Assembly (NCBI GenBank): GCA_951406725.2
Contig: OX597832.1
Span: forward strand, 30,504,001 to 30,568,000
Direction: 5' to 3'
DNA length: 64,000 nucleotides
Source of the DNA: Octopus vulgaris
Lineage: Eukaryota
Positions 1 to 18,330 of this stretch are shown here, piece by piece. A program made the translations under genes and the position numbers. The notes under the pieces are model-generated. The model ran no database searches and was not told the DNA's origin. It saw nothing but the letters and a program-made list of their open reading frames with translations. Numbering within the stretch: position 1 is the first letter of the stretch; each line of letters starts with the position of its first letter.

Positions 1-443
<443 letters not shown>

Positions 444-1080
444 ACAGGATTTAGGCGCGCGCTCACACGCACGCACATCTCTAAACACATTAGATTGCCC
501 CCCTCTAAGTTTGCATAAGTGATAATGTGTGATGTGTGTGTGTGTGTGTGTACTCATTTTTAAGTACACCAGTATCTGAGTACACAATACTCATATTACA
601 TATACATGTTTATGTACACATTACGCGCTCACACCCACACTCACAATCTTAATCCGTATTTACCTTCTGCCCATGTGCTAATTCCTCATTCCAAAATCTA
701 TGTGGAACTAGAACTCCGTCGGTCATTCCAAGAGAGACCCATTACCATCAAATTACACCGAATCCAGTCGTACTCGTTCCTTTAATGTCTCTTTCTTTCT
801 TTCTTTCTATCTTCTTCTTCAAGATCGATCAGGTGATTCTCAAGTTGATCTGATTGATTCGATGTGTTTAATACCTTCATCAGTTAAACACAACTTCCAG
901 CCTCTTTAAAACAATAACTTATGTTCATTAACGATTCGAATTATAGAAAATTAATCACATCCACAAGTCATCGCAGCTCGGCATCCGCGGAGTCTTCGGT
1001 TAAAAGTGTCCGGTTAACAAAATCGAACGCTAAACTCGTCATTGGAATCACCAAAGTAAAGTTGATATTTCCATTAAGAC

Positions 1081-1808
1081 GATGATGGTGGTGGTGGTGG
1101 TGGCTGTTGATGTTGTTGTTGTTGTGGTGGTTGTGGTGGTGGAGATGGTGGTGATTGTGGTGGTTGTGGTTGTGGTGGTGGTGGTTGTTGTGGTGGTGGT
1201 GGTTGTGGTTGTGGTTGTGGTGGTGGTGGTGGTTGTTGTTGTGGTGGTGGTGGTGGTGGTTGTCGTTGTTGTGGTGGTGCTGGTGCTGGTTGTTGTTGTT
1301 GTTGTGGTAGTGGTGGCGGCGGTGGTTGTGGTGTGGCGGCGGTGGTAGTGCTGGTGGTGATGGTTGTTGTTGTTGTTGTTGTGGTAGTGGTGGCGGTGGT
1401 GGTTGTGGTGTGGCGGCGGTGGTAGTGCTGGTGGTGATGGTTGTTGTTGTTGTGGTTGTGTTGTGGTGGTGGTTGTGGTGGCTGTTGTGGTAGTGGTGGC
1501 GGCGGTGGTTGTGGTGTGGCGGCGGTGGTAGTGCTGGTGGTGATGGTTGTTGTTGTTGTTGTTGTGGTGGTGGAGGTGGTGGAGGTGGTGGTGGTGTTAG
1601 TGGTGGAGGTGGTGGTGGTAGTGGTGGCGGTGGTGGTTGTGGTGTGGCGGCGGTGGTAATGCTGGTGGTGATGGTTGTTGTTGTTGTTGTTGTGGTTGTT
1701 GTGGTTGTTGTTGTTGTTGTTGTTGTTGTTGTGGTGGTGGTGGTGGTGTGGTGGTGGTGGTTGTTGTTGTTGTTGTTGTGAGGAAGAGGAGGAGGGAGGA
1801 GGAGGAAG
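1081..1808. repeat. compound (GGT/GTT)n trinucleotide array with a repeated higher-order unit
   Basis: The unit ggtggttgtggtgtggcggcggtggtagtgctggtggtgatggttgttg recurs about 4 times. Confidence 0.9.
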
Positions 1809-2090
1809 AGTAATTGATCACCTAAATGGATGGTGGTGATTCTTGGAGCATCTTTAGCAAATTCATGACAAACAAACATCATCCAATTTATTTAGTGGAA
1901 TCGGTTGTAATAAAAATATTCTTCCTTCCAATATATCGACCAACGCGTTTCTTCTACATTTTTTTATTTTCTTCTCTTTCTTTCAACGAAGAACTCAACC
2001 TAAACATTCAATGGAGCCATTCAAAGTTTCTCAATATAAATATCTATAATTTGAATAAAATTCTAATCCTATATTTTTTCCGCTGTCTCC

Positions 2091-2122
<32 letters not shown>

Positions 2123-2407
2123 CATCACCATCATCATCGCCGTCATCATAAGCATCAACGTCGTCGTCGCCATTATAAACGTAATTATCCGTGGTACTTC
2201 TAAACAAATGGAGTTCCAGCAAAGATTTCTTCAACACTAATTAAGCCGGCCTATCACTTGGCCTTTATAGATTATCAATAATCTGTCTGCTCAGTTTAAA
2301 TCGGATTAAAGCTGGTCAGTTATTGTCAATATATCGAATTATTTGCACCTTTTGTCTTCTTGATATCAACTCACATACCTTTCTGCGTTTTATTCCGACA
2401 TAATTTC

Positions 2408-2930
2408 ATACACACATACATACAGACATATATATATATATACACGTGCACATACGTATATACACACATACGCACATACATACACACACGCACATACAGA
2501 CACATATATACACACGTGCACATACGTATATAAACACATACACACATACATACACACACGCACATACAGACACATATATATATACACACGTGCACATACA
2601 TATATACACACATACACACATACATACACACACATACATATATACACACATACGCACATACATACAGACACATATATATACACACATACACACATACATA
2701 CAGACACATATATATATACACATACGCACATACATACAGACATATATATATACACATACGCACATACATACAGACACATATATATATACACATACGCACA
2801 TACATATAGGCACACGCGCCAGTATATACAACAAAGAGCAACAATACACTGCACACACACACACACGCATGCGCACACACACACACGTAGATAAACGCAT
2901 CCACGTTTACACAGACACATTCACACACAC
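2408..2930. repeat. degenerate (CA/TA/TACA)n array
   Basis: Direct. Confidence 0.9.
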
Positions 2931-3827
2931 TCTTCGTCTTTTTTATCCATCATCATCATCATCATCATCATCACCACACATCTACCTCCTACCTTTTATT
3001 TCTATTTAATTTGCCATGCTGTCGCTGTCGTAGGTGACAAGATAGTGAATTAATTATTAAAACATTATTATCACAATGGGTTTAGCTAGTTGTTCCTTGG
3101 CCGCCTCCGCCGCCGCCATTGATACATTTCCCTTCAGTTGGCGGAGATTTTTTTTTTCTTTTGCTCTCCCCACTCTTCCTCTCCATCCCTCACATCTCTC
3201 CCTCCTTCCCATACACAGCTTCCATTATATCAACACACCATATGAACACGTACACATGCTTCACCGAGACTCACTGTGTAAAACACCGTTTCCTTTTCAC
3301 GTGCTTTCTTTATTTAACCCGTCATTTTCCACCATCTTTCCTCTCCTTCTTTTTCCTCGCCTTTCTCTCCTTTGCTCTCTCGATCTCTCCTCCATCCTAC
3401 CAGATTTCTCAGCCTCCGATTTTCTCAGGCGTTCTCATCTCTTGGCTAGTTTGTGAATGCCATTTTCCTCTTTATTTCATAGAGTGGTCTTATGGATAAA
3501 TCGATGTATGGCTAGGCGAATGGGTGGAAAATTGAGAAAATCTTCTTAACAAAGCATGCTATTCCCCGTGAATTATATCCATTGTATCTACTCAATTATA
3601 AAATGGCTCCTAGTGTAACAACTGCGATTTACGGATTCATTGTTGATGCCACAAAAAAAAAACCGCAGTCACTCCATTTCCCACCGCAACTAGACCGCAA
3701 TCCCTTTTCTTTATTTAATGGATTAATGTATTACTAGCTTTACCACATTTTTCACTGATCATTTCTTTTTCTTCTTTCTTTCTATCATACTTTCTTCGTT
3801 GCTTTTGCTCTTTTTATTCTCATTTAC

Positions 3828-3929
3828 CTCGTCACTGCTCACTGATAACCAACTGGTAAAAGATAACCAACTGGTAAAAGAACAATTCCAAAATAGCAAG
3901 ACAAGAAACCGCAATCTGACTATTACCAT
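3828..3929 (-). CDS. candidate first coding exon (signal-peptide-like)
   Basis: MVIVRLRFLVLLFWNCSFTSWLSFTSWLSVSSDE ends at GAG|gtaaat donor; no downstream exon identified. Confidence 0.2.
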
Positions 3930-4682
3930 AATAGATAACAACCATTTCCAACCTACGTTGAATTTGTTGGGGTAGCAGCGGAGAAATCCTAATTCTTTTC
4001 TTTATATAGACCTCCTTTAAATACTACTTGGTACTTTAGTCCGCCTGAAATCAATATTTTCCTTAAATTTCTCTGGAGTATTCACTCCAGACTACATTAA
4101 AACACCGCCTTTGTTTTCAGTGAAATCATATGAACACAAATCATAGTCACGTGGTACATCGTATTTATCTTACAACCTCTCCATCATCGTCTTAAATCAG
4201 GAAACAGGAGGTTCTCTGAACAGGAGGTATGATGTCTCGTATACGAACGAAACTGATAAATTGTAATCGTACTAAAACACGTGGTTGTTTATGGAATCAT
4301 TATTAGAAAACACTAAATGAATGATACTGGCTTTCATAGAAAACGCAAATGGAGTGAAGAAGGCAGAGTCCAAGAAACTATTTGGAATCGTGTAAATATT
4401 AATGAAATTTCCTCCTTCATCTTCATCCAGTGATTTATTTCATGTGAAGATATTTTTTTTCACATTAATTCACTTGACACCAATTTCCTAACGTTTGTGT
4501 ATTTATGTGTAGGTCTTACGCTACAGAACAACAATACACAAGAAATTGTCAAATAAATCGCAAAATAAGTCAAGAAAAGAAGCGAGTCGTTCATTTTGTT
4601 TCGATAATTTTCTAGTTTTCCACAACAAAGAATTTACTATATATAATTAAATATAATTTATTTTAAATAATCATAATGCAAA

Positions 4683-4714
<32 letters not shown>

Positions 4715-4715
<1 letters not shown>

Positions 4716-4873
4716 CGACGGGCTTCTTTCAGTTTCAGTCTACCAAATCCACTCACAAGGCTTTGGTCGGCCCAAGGCTATAATAGAAGACACTTGCCCA
4801 AGGTGCCACGCAGTGGGACTGAACCCGGAACCATGCGGTTGGTAAGCAAGCTACTTACCACACAGCCACTCCT
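4715..4873 (-). mobile_element. tRNA-derived SINE family A, 5' half
   Basis: A box TGGCTGTGTGG, B box GGTTCAGTCCC, then ggcaccttgggcaag; more than 10 copies in window. Confidence 0.9.
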
Positions 4874-5635
4874 TTGTAATATTTAATATAGAATGTAAAG
4901 TGTACTTTTTAGAAACTGTGGAAACTGGACATATCACCACAGTGGAAACTATTCATTGCACTTTGGAGAAAATTGAAACAAATATACGCATAGATTGATG
5001 GAAAATGTGACACACAATATGTGGGGATTGCTTGCATTACAATCGTTGGTGTGTAGACATAAAAGGAAATGTACCGAACGAAGTAAAGCATTTTATACAA
5101 TGAAAAGATTAAAACAGAGAGAGAAGCCGTATTACAGACAAATAGAGAAGCTGAGAGAAAAATAGGATGGTTTGGATTGAACTCTAAATGTCTGAAAAGA
5201 AACTATTCTAAAATCATTGTGGCAAACCGAAGCACAAAGCTTCTACCAAAATGAGTAAACTGTAAGAGTAGAAAATGGCGAATTGTTTAGAGAGAAGCTT
5301 CTTTAGAACAGTGTATGTATTTTTTTATGTGTGTCTGACAATGGCTTGGCTGACCAAAACTTCGAAGTCGCTGTCAACAACATTCTTGGATAAGAATAAT
5401 CAATTTGTACTCTACAAAAGCATAGAGTAACCCATCAGATTAATATGGAATCTCTTTTGTTATAACTGAACTTAAAAACAAGCATTAATATATATATATA
5501 TATATATATATATAGTATTGTCAGTAGATATTGGTGTCAGTAGAGTGTATAAGCGATAAGTGTTTCTTTTAACGGCAGGGTGTATATAATAGTATCAACA
5601 TTGTGTGTGTGTGTGTATGGGTGGGTATGTATGTA

Positions 5636-5744
5636 TGTCATTGCTTTATTTCAAGATTTCTTGCCAATAGAGAAAGAACGGGTTTCTAACCTTGATCCGA
5701 GGTTCCTTCATTGGAATTTCAACATCAACAACAGGGTATGTATG

Positions 5745-5778
<34 letters not shown>

Positions 5779-6257
5779 TGTATGTATGTATGTATGTATG
5801 TATGTATGTATGTATGTATGTAGGTAGGTAGGTAGGTATGCATGTATGTATGTGTGTGCAGATTTGTATGTATGTATATATGTGTGTATGTAAATGTGTA
5901 CAGATTTGTATGTATGTATGTATGTATGTATGTATGTATGTATGTATGTGTGTGTGTATGTATGTATGTATGTATGTATGTATGTATGTGTGTGTGTATG
6001 TATGTGCAGATTTGTATGTTTTATGTATGTATTCTCATGCATATAGTTGCATATCTAGACATGCTCATTCATATTTAAATGATAAACTTCTGGAAAGTTT
6101 TACAGATTTTTACAGTTCCAGTGATGAATTGGATCTGAAGTCTTCGAATTAGCTTTCTCCTTTCTGGTTTTGAGAAGCCTAATTTCTCAAGATTGGTATT
6201 TAAGCAGGGTGTTACATATCCCAAGGCCCCAATAATTATAGGTATAAACCTTATGCT

Positions 6258-6258
<1 letters not shown>
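5636..6258 (-). mobile_element. R4/Dong-like (restriction-like endonuclease) non-LTR retrotransposon 3' fragment in a (TATG)n array
   Basis: RFIPIIIGALGYVTPCLNTNLEKLG...LQIQFITGTVKICKTF* resembles the C-terminus of RLE-type ORFs. Confidence 0.7.
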
Positions 6259-6289
<31 letters not shown>

Positions 6290-6726
6290 TGTATGTATGT
6301 ATGTATGTATGTATGTATGTATGTATGTATGTATGCAAGTATGTATGTATGTATGTATGCATACGGCTTGCCCAGAATAGGTAAATAAATAGACATTGGC
6401 GTCACTACAGTACATGTTAATATCAACTAAATGTTCGTTGATTAGATGACTTTGGTACGTATTTAATCTGGTCAATTAACCTTGCTAATTAATGTAGTTG
6501 AAGAGCATTTCATTAGATGTCAACATAAAGAATGGAAGTGGCGGGCACTGTGCCTCAGCGGTCACCTACCTTTCATGCTCTGAACGTATTGTTCCCATCT
6601 TGTAAGTTAAAAGACATTTGTATCTGACCAAAAAAGGAATCAGCATTGATGTCCAGAGACATTGAGGAAATAATGGAGTTCCATAAATACTAAAATCTGT
6701 TTCATATTTTTGATTTTTTTCGTCTC

Positions 6727-6835
6727 TCTTTACGTTGTGAGCTCAAATTCCGCCAAGGTCGACTTTGCCTTTCATCCTTTCGGGCTCGATAAATTAAGTA
6801 CCAAAAATTTCGGGCCTTGTGCCTAGTGTAGAAAA
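6727..6835 (+). mobile_element. SINE family B fragment
   Basis: Core gtcgactttgcctttcatcctttcggg.tcgataaattaagtacc. Confidence 0.8.
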
Positions 6836-7177
6836 AAATATTTTTGATTCAGTTGGGTTCCAATCCAAACGCAGTGTATTTCATCTTTCAGATTTCCACA
6901 AAATATCTATCAATAATATTCAAGAACTGATTTGTTCGATCTGTGACAACGCATAACAACGTTGGTCTGGTTTATCAAAAAGATTTTCTATTGACAAGGA
7001 TTAAATTATTAATCCTTGTCAATAGAAGCCATATTTTATGTTCATTAAGTTGCATCACGAAACAGTTCTCTGTCATAATAAGTTTGATCTTTAGAATTTG
7101 TGAAATTGATCTCTTGTCTCAAGAAGGTTGAACTGTGGTGTCCTGACATTTTGTATCGGTAGTTTTAATTCTGAATA

Positions 7178-7414
7178 TATCTATTTCTTTATTACCCACA
7201 AGGGGCTAAACACAGAGGGGACAAACAAGGACAGAGAAACGGATTAATTCGATTACATCGATCCCTGTGCGTAACTGGTACTTAATTTATCGACCCCCGA
7301 AAGGATGAAAGGCAAAGTCGACCTCGGTGGAATTTGAACTCAGAACGTAACAGCAGACGAAATACGGCTACGCATTTCGCCCGTCGTGCTAACGTTTCTG
7401 CCAGCTCGCCGCCT
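7178..7414 (-). mobile_element. SINE family B, full length
   Basis: Matches copies at 36271, 42668, 51985 and 63800; TSD tttaattctgaata. Confidence 0.9.
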
Positions 7415-7418
7415 TTAA

Positions 7419-7816
7419 TCTTTATATATATAAGTCAAGTTGGGTGTCTGTCTCCTACGATTTAGATTCCTAACTACTCCCACATTTTGCGGTGCAGTTT
7501 AACCAAAACCGGGTATCTTATAGTCGTGATTCATATCGAGCCCTTCTGGGTATTGGCGCGCGTCTACGATGAGTCTACGATTTTAAAAAATATTTACCAT
7601 CATTTTTTTCCATTTTACTGCATTTTTTCGCTATTATATAAAGGAAGTAACTCTCTAAAAATGTCTACGATGAGTCTACGATTTAAAAAAAAATTTACCA
7701 TCATTTTTTTTTCCATTTTTAATGCATTTTTTGCTATTTTTTGGCTATAACTCTCTAAAAATGCTTATATAGTTATTTCCCTTACAAATCCAAGCAACGC
7801 CGGGCGATACTGCTAG
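7419..7816 (+). mobile_element. non-autonomous Helitron
   Basis: 5' TC, 3' CTAG, GC-rich subterminal hairpin remnant (ccaagcaacgccggg), inserted between A and T with no TSD; internal ~100-bp tandem duplication. Confidence 0.8.
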
Positions 7817-8570
7817 TTCTGAATAAATATTAAATTCGTCCCATTGTATTTCAAAGCATGATAGCATTGTTCTTCTTGTGGTATCACACACATTTCCACA
7901 CATTTCGGGATTTCTTTGAATAATGTTATTTTGTTTTATTCTAGATTTCCTCTTCAAACCCAAATAATACACACCAATGCCTTATACGTGCGCGCACGAA
8001 ACACGCACACACAATATTTAACGCATTTTTTCTGGCAGAAGACATGAGGGTTTCTTCTTAAAGCGCCATGACAATGGTCTCTGCTACTCTCAACTTGTTC
8101 TCATTACGACCATCGCTTCTTAAGCCCACTTGCCTCTCCTGTCGCTCACTGCCCCTATTGTACCATACTCATAAAGCTTGTGCATTATAAAACCTTGCCT
8201 TCCCAGAACCAGATCCCGATGGAACATTCTTCCCCTCTACTCTATAAAGGATTTGTTTAATTTTCTCCCTCCTCAGACTAACCTATATTGAGTTTCATGG
8301 AAAATCCATTAGTACAGGGAACAATTTTAAAGAGGTAAGATATTTAGTTTAACTGAGTTGATTCCGGTAAATGATTGATGGTTATTTTACCGATTCCTGG
8401 GAGGGATGAAACACCAAATCAACCAAAACAGGTTTTGATCTTACAACATAGAAGGAAAATAGTAAATAATGTTCCATAATCTTTTTATTGTACATCGCTG
8501 TTTCCCTTGCTGTGCAACTTAGGTAGAAGAATAGATTTTTCTATACAGAATAAGAAATAACTCAAGGAAG

Positions 8571-8624
<54 letters not shown>

Positions 8625-8651
8625 GATATATATATTTTATTTTTTATTTAT

Positions 8652-8955
8652 TTATACGCCCATTTCAAGCCTAGCCAGGCTCATGGGCCCGGTTTCCCGG
8701 TTTCTGTGGCCTATGTGTTACCCCCAGCTGGACGGGATGTCAGTCCATCGCAGGGTTACTCAAGAAATAGGAAGAGAGGGTGAGAGAAAGTTGGGGTGAA
8801 AGAGTACAACAGGGGTCGCCACCACCCCCTGCCAGAGCTTCGTGGAGCTTTAAGTGTTTTCGCTCAATAAACACACACAACGCCCAGTCTGGGAATCGAA
8901 CCCGCAATCCTCCGACCGCGAGTCCACTGCCCTAACCACTGAGCCATTGCGCCTC

Positions 8956-8956
<1 letters not shown>
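8652..8956 (-). mobile_element. tRNA-derived SINE family C (tail variant 1)
   Basis: Head gaggcgcaatggctcagtggttagg...ggttcgattccc shared with 50721-51108; different 3' part (aaccctgcgatggactgacatcccgtccag). Confidence 0.85.
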
Positions 8957-8996
<40 letters not shown>

Positions 8997-9097
8997 TATT
9001 ATTATTTATATTATATATATATATATATAGGTTTGTTGATTTGATAAGTGTCAACGGATGAAACTCGGTTCTTGAGTTATTGCTTCTGCTAAATATC

Positions 9098-9178
<81 letters not shown>

Positions 9179-9184
9179 CATGTA

Positions 9185-9220
<36 letters not shown>

Positions 9221-10580
9221 CATGTATGTGTAAAATCAGTGTCTGTGCCTGTGTATGTATAATGTGCTTATATATAGAGGGAGGTAGATAGATAGATTTC
9301 CGTGTGTGTGTGTGTGCGTGTGTGTGTGTGTGTGTACACATTTTATAGAGAGAGGGAGACACACAGAAAATGGAGTGGAGTCGGATTGTGGGGGGAGTGG
9401 GGGGGTGAGGAAAGAAAGAGAGATAATGAAAAGCTAATCCAACATGATTTAGAAAAGAATAAAACAAAAGAATTCCCAAATTGCCCGCTGCAGCAATTCT
9501 TCGACGTTAACTTCCATATCGGCTATTTACCATACATTGCAATCCTTCTTCTCCAGTCATTACCGGCTTTGTTAACTTTGGCCTTTTTTTTTCCTATTTT
9601 AAATATCTTTAAATGTTTAGAAAGCATTATAAAAGTAAGCGAAAATAAACATTATTAAAACAAGGAAGGAAGAAAGAGATAGAAAAGAGAAGAAAAGTGA
9701 GAGAGAGAGAGAGAGAGAGTGATTTTAGCGTTTTCCCTATTTGTTAGCAGTCCGAATTCTTCGTTTCTGAACATGTTTGACAATATTAATCTATTACTGT
9801 GTTTTTACACCTGTTACCAATTTCTCACTTCTCGTGATCCAGTTTATAAGACGAGAATGAAAGACTGGCATTGGTTTTTGTTGATTAAAATGAACTTTTC
9901 CGTTATTAGAAATTGTTGTTAGTTTTTATATATTGCCTCCGCTCCACCCTAGCCCAGCCCCCGTTGATATTTGATTCTCTACTTGTCATTTGCCTCGAGA
10001 CGTTTATACCTTTCATTTTTAATGTAATCCTATGTAGCATCAACGGGATAACTATCTTCTCTCTTAATATTTTATATTCGCATGACACCCATCTTCTAAT
10101 GTTCCACCTAACAGCTTCATATCTTCTATTTAATATTCCATCTAACAACTTGCTTTTTTCTGAAAGTCTTCCAGATTAAACTTCGATTCATTGTATGATA
10201 AAATAACAATTGTTCTGCCTCAAAATGCTTATTTTAACACTTTGTGTCGATTTTCAAATATATTCCATTTTGTACAAGCAAATCATTGTCGTCAACGAAG
10301 CTAATCACCAGCTGAAGTGAGGCCAGTGGTTGGTAATATTTAACGTCAGCTAGTCTGTGGGTTGCATACCACCCAACACACTAACAATTAGATCCAATGG
10401 CAAAGCAGACACAAACAACAGAGTATTTATCTTTTCTCATTGAAAGTCTTGAACTCATCGACAAAATACTCGTCAATTATGCTAGTTCTTTTGCTGAGAA
10501 TACTACACCGCATCCATTCATAACCAGATGTTTTTAACTCTTAACTGTCTTGCTAACAGATACAATGAATGTTCTTAACA

Positions 10581-10619
<39 letters not shown>

Positions 10620-11985
10620 GAACATCCACTATATTTTATACTACTTTTCTCGTCTCTAGATAATTCTTCAAAGTGCCACATCAGTGATGTTCTGGTATCT
10701 CTCTTGCGTATTCACCAAAAACTCATCCGATTTCTACATTTGCATAAAAATTTTATAGAGGCATCCCTCATTCTAAACTTCCAAATTACTTCAGACTTAA
10801 TACTAACATTCTAGGATCGTCTCACTAAATATAATATTTGAAAAAGAAAAATTAATTACTCAGTTTTTATTCGATTTCTACTTTAAAAGAAAATAGATAC
10901 TAAGAAACAAACCTGAATATAAAAAAAAACTAGTTTCTACTTGTCTGACATTTTTCACTAGTTTAGTTATTTTCTCAAATAGCAGCATTAACTTAAATTA
11001 ACATTTGCTTCTTTCCAATCAGATTTAATTGGTTGCTTCTGTGTGAACCCAAATATATTGATATATTCAAAAGGTAAATTAATTATATTCATATATATTT
11101 GACTCGTTTCTTTATTTTATTTAATTGCTAGTGAAGAATATGAATCATACTTGTAATTGTTCGAATAATTGGATCGATTTACTGAGACAAGCTTGTCTAT
11201 TGCAACAATTTAACGCTTAAATAAACGATAAAATTAGTCTTTCGCAATACAAATATTCTGTGAGGAAAGAATTTGCCTATTTTTCGCTTGTGATATCTGG
11301 CTGGAGGCCACATGACCGAAGAAATGTTGAAGAGCAAAAACAGAGTAATGGTAGCCACTTACGCAGCCAGACCAACCGCAGTTATTTCCCACATTGCTCC
11401 TTAAATCACCGCCGTGGGGCAGCATAGGGCAAAATTGAGTGGTGGAGGGAGGAGATGTTCACTGATGGCAGCCAAGTTAAGCAAATGCGTACGTGAAGAA
11501 CTGATTCGCTCTATAGGTTAACAATAATTGGCTGCCAGCTCGGAGCAGTCCTTTTATTGGCCGTTCGGTAATTACCTTATCTCTAGCGGATGATTCCGTT
11601 GGTTGAGTTATAATTACAGATTCACACTGATTCGCCGCCATCCGATCGACTCGAGTTATTTATTTATCTCAAGTGGGAAAACAATTATTTTTATCGTACT
11701 ACGGCCTGTCGGAATTAGAAACTTTCCCATACAAGCTTTAAAGTGAATAGATTATTACTGTTCACCGTTTCTGAGAAATATTTCTGTTAATATCAGATCT
11801 ACATCAGACAGGAAATATTCCACGCAACCAACAAGCTTAACTGATCTCTCTCAAAGTCGAAAATAGAAGCAATAACATATCACTTTAGTTCGAAATATTT
11901 GTTGTTTCAACAAATTTTGAAGCAGAAATAATACACACTCTCATATTCTTCTTCCCTCTCTGTCGTACACACACGCACATGAAAT

Positions 11986-11986
<1 letters not shown>

Positions 11987-12047
<61 letters not shown>

Positions 12048-12166
12048 CTATCTCTCTCTCTCACACATATACACACACACATATATACATATATATATAA
12101 ACTAATATCCTTCACACGTGTGCGTCCGTGCCTGTGTATATTATATATATATATATATATATACAT

Positions 12167-12249
<83 letters not shown>

Positions 12250-12513
12250 TGTATATGTATATATACACACACACAGTCACACATGAAAGAGAAAGAAACG
12301 AAGAGAGGTTCACAGTGATTTTAAGTTGTATATACATGTGTATATATATATATATATAAAGAGAGAGAGAGAGAGAAGAGATGAGAGATGTATATATATA
12401 AGAGTGTTTATTAATATCATAAGTTGATTGTCATCTTCGAGTTTCGCTCCCTGTTATTCAGACATGAATATATCAACCAGGAGCGATTATATAACTATTC
12501 CATTACGAGCAGT

Positions 12514-12596
<83 letters not shown>

Positions 12597-12602
12597 TGTA
12601 TG

Positions 12603-12631
<29 letters not shown>
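11987..12631. repeat. compound microsatellites (TC, TCTA, TA, TATG)
   Basis: Direct. Confidence 0.9.
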
Positions 12632-12633
<2 letters not shown>

Positions 12634-12779
12634 GGCTGACCAAAAGTCACCCGACAGTAAATCAGAATTCCATATATACTTAATATTCAATTTCATTTAT
12701 TCATTCGAATTATGATTGTTTAATAATTGACTGTTGTGAGTTAAAATCACGTTTTTATTTTTTTTTCCAAGTGGCTATT

Positions 12780-13198
12780 GGCGCAGGAGCGGCTGTGTGG
12801 TAAGTAGCTTGCTTACCAAGCACATGGTTCCCGGTTCAGTCCCACTGCATGGTACCTTAGGCAAGTGTCTTCTACTATAGCCTCGGGCCGACCAAAGCCT
12901 TGTGAGTGGATTTGGTAGACGGAAACTGAAAGAAGCCCATCGTATATATGTATATATATATATATATATATATGGGGGTGTATGTTTGCGTGTCTGTGTC
13001 CCCCCCCCCCCACCAACATTGCTAGACAACCGATGGTAGTGTGTTTACGTCCCCCGTAACTTAGCGATTCAGCAAAAGTGATTGTTACAATAAGTACTAG
13101 ACTTACAAAGAACACGTCCTGGGGTCGATTTGCTCGACTAAAGGAGGTGCTCCAGCACGGCCGCAGTCAAATGACCGAAACAAGTAAAAGAATAGAAG
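12780..13198 (+). mobile_element. SINE family A, full length
   Basis: tRNA head, internal TA/TG microsatellite, 3' tail ggtgctccagca.ggccgcagtcaaatgac.gaaacaagtaaaag. Confidence 0.9.
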
Positions 13199-13305
13199 AA
13201 TTTGTCAATTTATTAACGAAGTCTCATAAAAAATAATTTTTTTGTTTTAATCTTGGAATTAGTTGGGTTTTGGTTTAGTGTCAGGTGACTTTTGGCCAAC
13301 CCTGC

Positions 13306-13346
<41 letters not shown>

Positions 13347-13493
13347 CAGTCTGGCTGATCCACGCAGCTTAAAGTATCGTCGGGGGTCGGAGAACGAACC
13401 TAGATCGTCAGGCATTGGGAGATCAGTTATTAAAAAAAATGTAACTCTTACCAAATGTGTGGCGTTCCATTCTCTTTCGTTTGTCTACACACT

Positions 13494-13529
<36 letters not shown>

Positions 13530-13562
13530 GTATATAATATGTATATAATATGTATATATATA

Positions 13563-13960
13563 TACTCTTTACTCTTTTACTTGTTTCAGTCATTTGACTG
13601 CGGCCATGCTGGAACACCGCCTTTAATCGAGCAACTCGACCCCAGGACTTATTCTTTTGTAAGCCCAGTACTTATTCTATCGGTCTCTTTTGCCGAACCG
13701 CTAAGTGACGGGTACATAAACACACCAGCATCGGTTGTCAAGCAATGCTAGGGGGACAAACACAGACATACAAACACACACGCACACATATACATATATA
13801 CATATATACGGCGGGCTTCTTTCAGTTTCCGTCTACCAAATCCACTCACAAGGCTTTGGTCGGCCCGAGGCTATAGTAGAAGACACTTGCCCAAGGTGCC
13901 ATGCAGTGGGAATGAACTCAGAACCATTTGGTTGGTAAACAAGCTACTTACCACACAGCC
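13563..13960 (-). mobile_element. SINE family A, near full length
   Basis: Reverse complement of the 12780-13198 family; the two copies form an inverted pair. Confidence 0.9.
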
Positions 13961-14573
13961 ATATATATATAGATGCGCGCACACACACATTAGTCAGAAA
14001 GACAGCACTTTTGAGGAGGGCGACTTAATCGATAACATCCACCCAGGTACTTCACTTTATCGATTCCTGGGAAATAAACGGAGACTTTGTCCTCGACGGG
14101 ATTTGAACCCAAAATGTACTCAACCGAAACAAATTCGACGGAGAACTTTTTTCGATACCCACAGCATTCCCCAGCAAGCTTACAAGTGTGTGGGTGTAAA
14201 TAGTATGTGTATATGTATATATCTGTGTGTATAGACTATGTGTGTGTGTGCAAATACAAAAACATACACATGTTGACGCGTGATAGCCTGCTGAAACTTT
14301 TCATTCGGGGTTCAATCACATGCAATGCCACTAAAAGCAGAGTGATTGATACAGAAGCAATTACAACTAATAACAAAGTTTGGCTTAGTTCTTCGTTCTT
14401 CGTTCTTCTAATTTGTATTAAATGTTGCAATTACGTAAGACTCCCACACCGCTTTTACCTGTGAAGTACCACCTCGTGTCTCTGGACAGGTGCGATTTAT
14501 CAGAATGTACGATGCCAGGAGATCGTGTTGAGCGATGCATTGGAGATACGACGATTCTCTACCCAATCAGAAA

Positions 14574-18330
<3,757 letters not shown>

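Noticed and set aside
968-1882. 304-aa His/Thr/Pro/Gln-rich ORF
   Set aside because: Open only because of trinucleotide repeats; several overlapping frames are open and no domain is recognisable
9030-9095. ttgataag...gaaactcggtt between TA tracts as a hammerhead relic
   Set aside because: Core and stems too degenerate to distinguish from chance
11200-11700. GC-richer non-repetitive region with CCAAT-like motifs
   Set aside because: Could be regulatory, but short motifs alone are insufficient evidence
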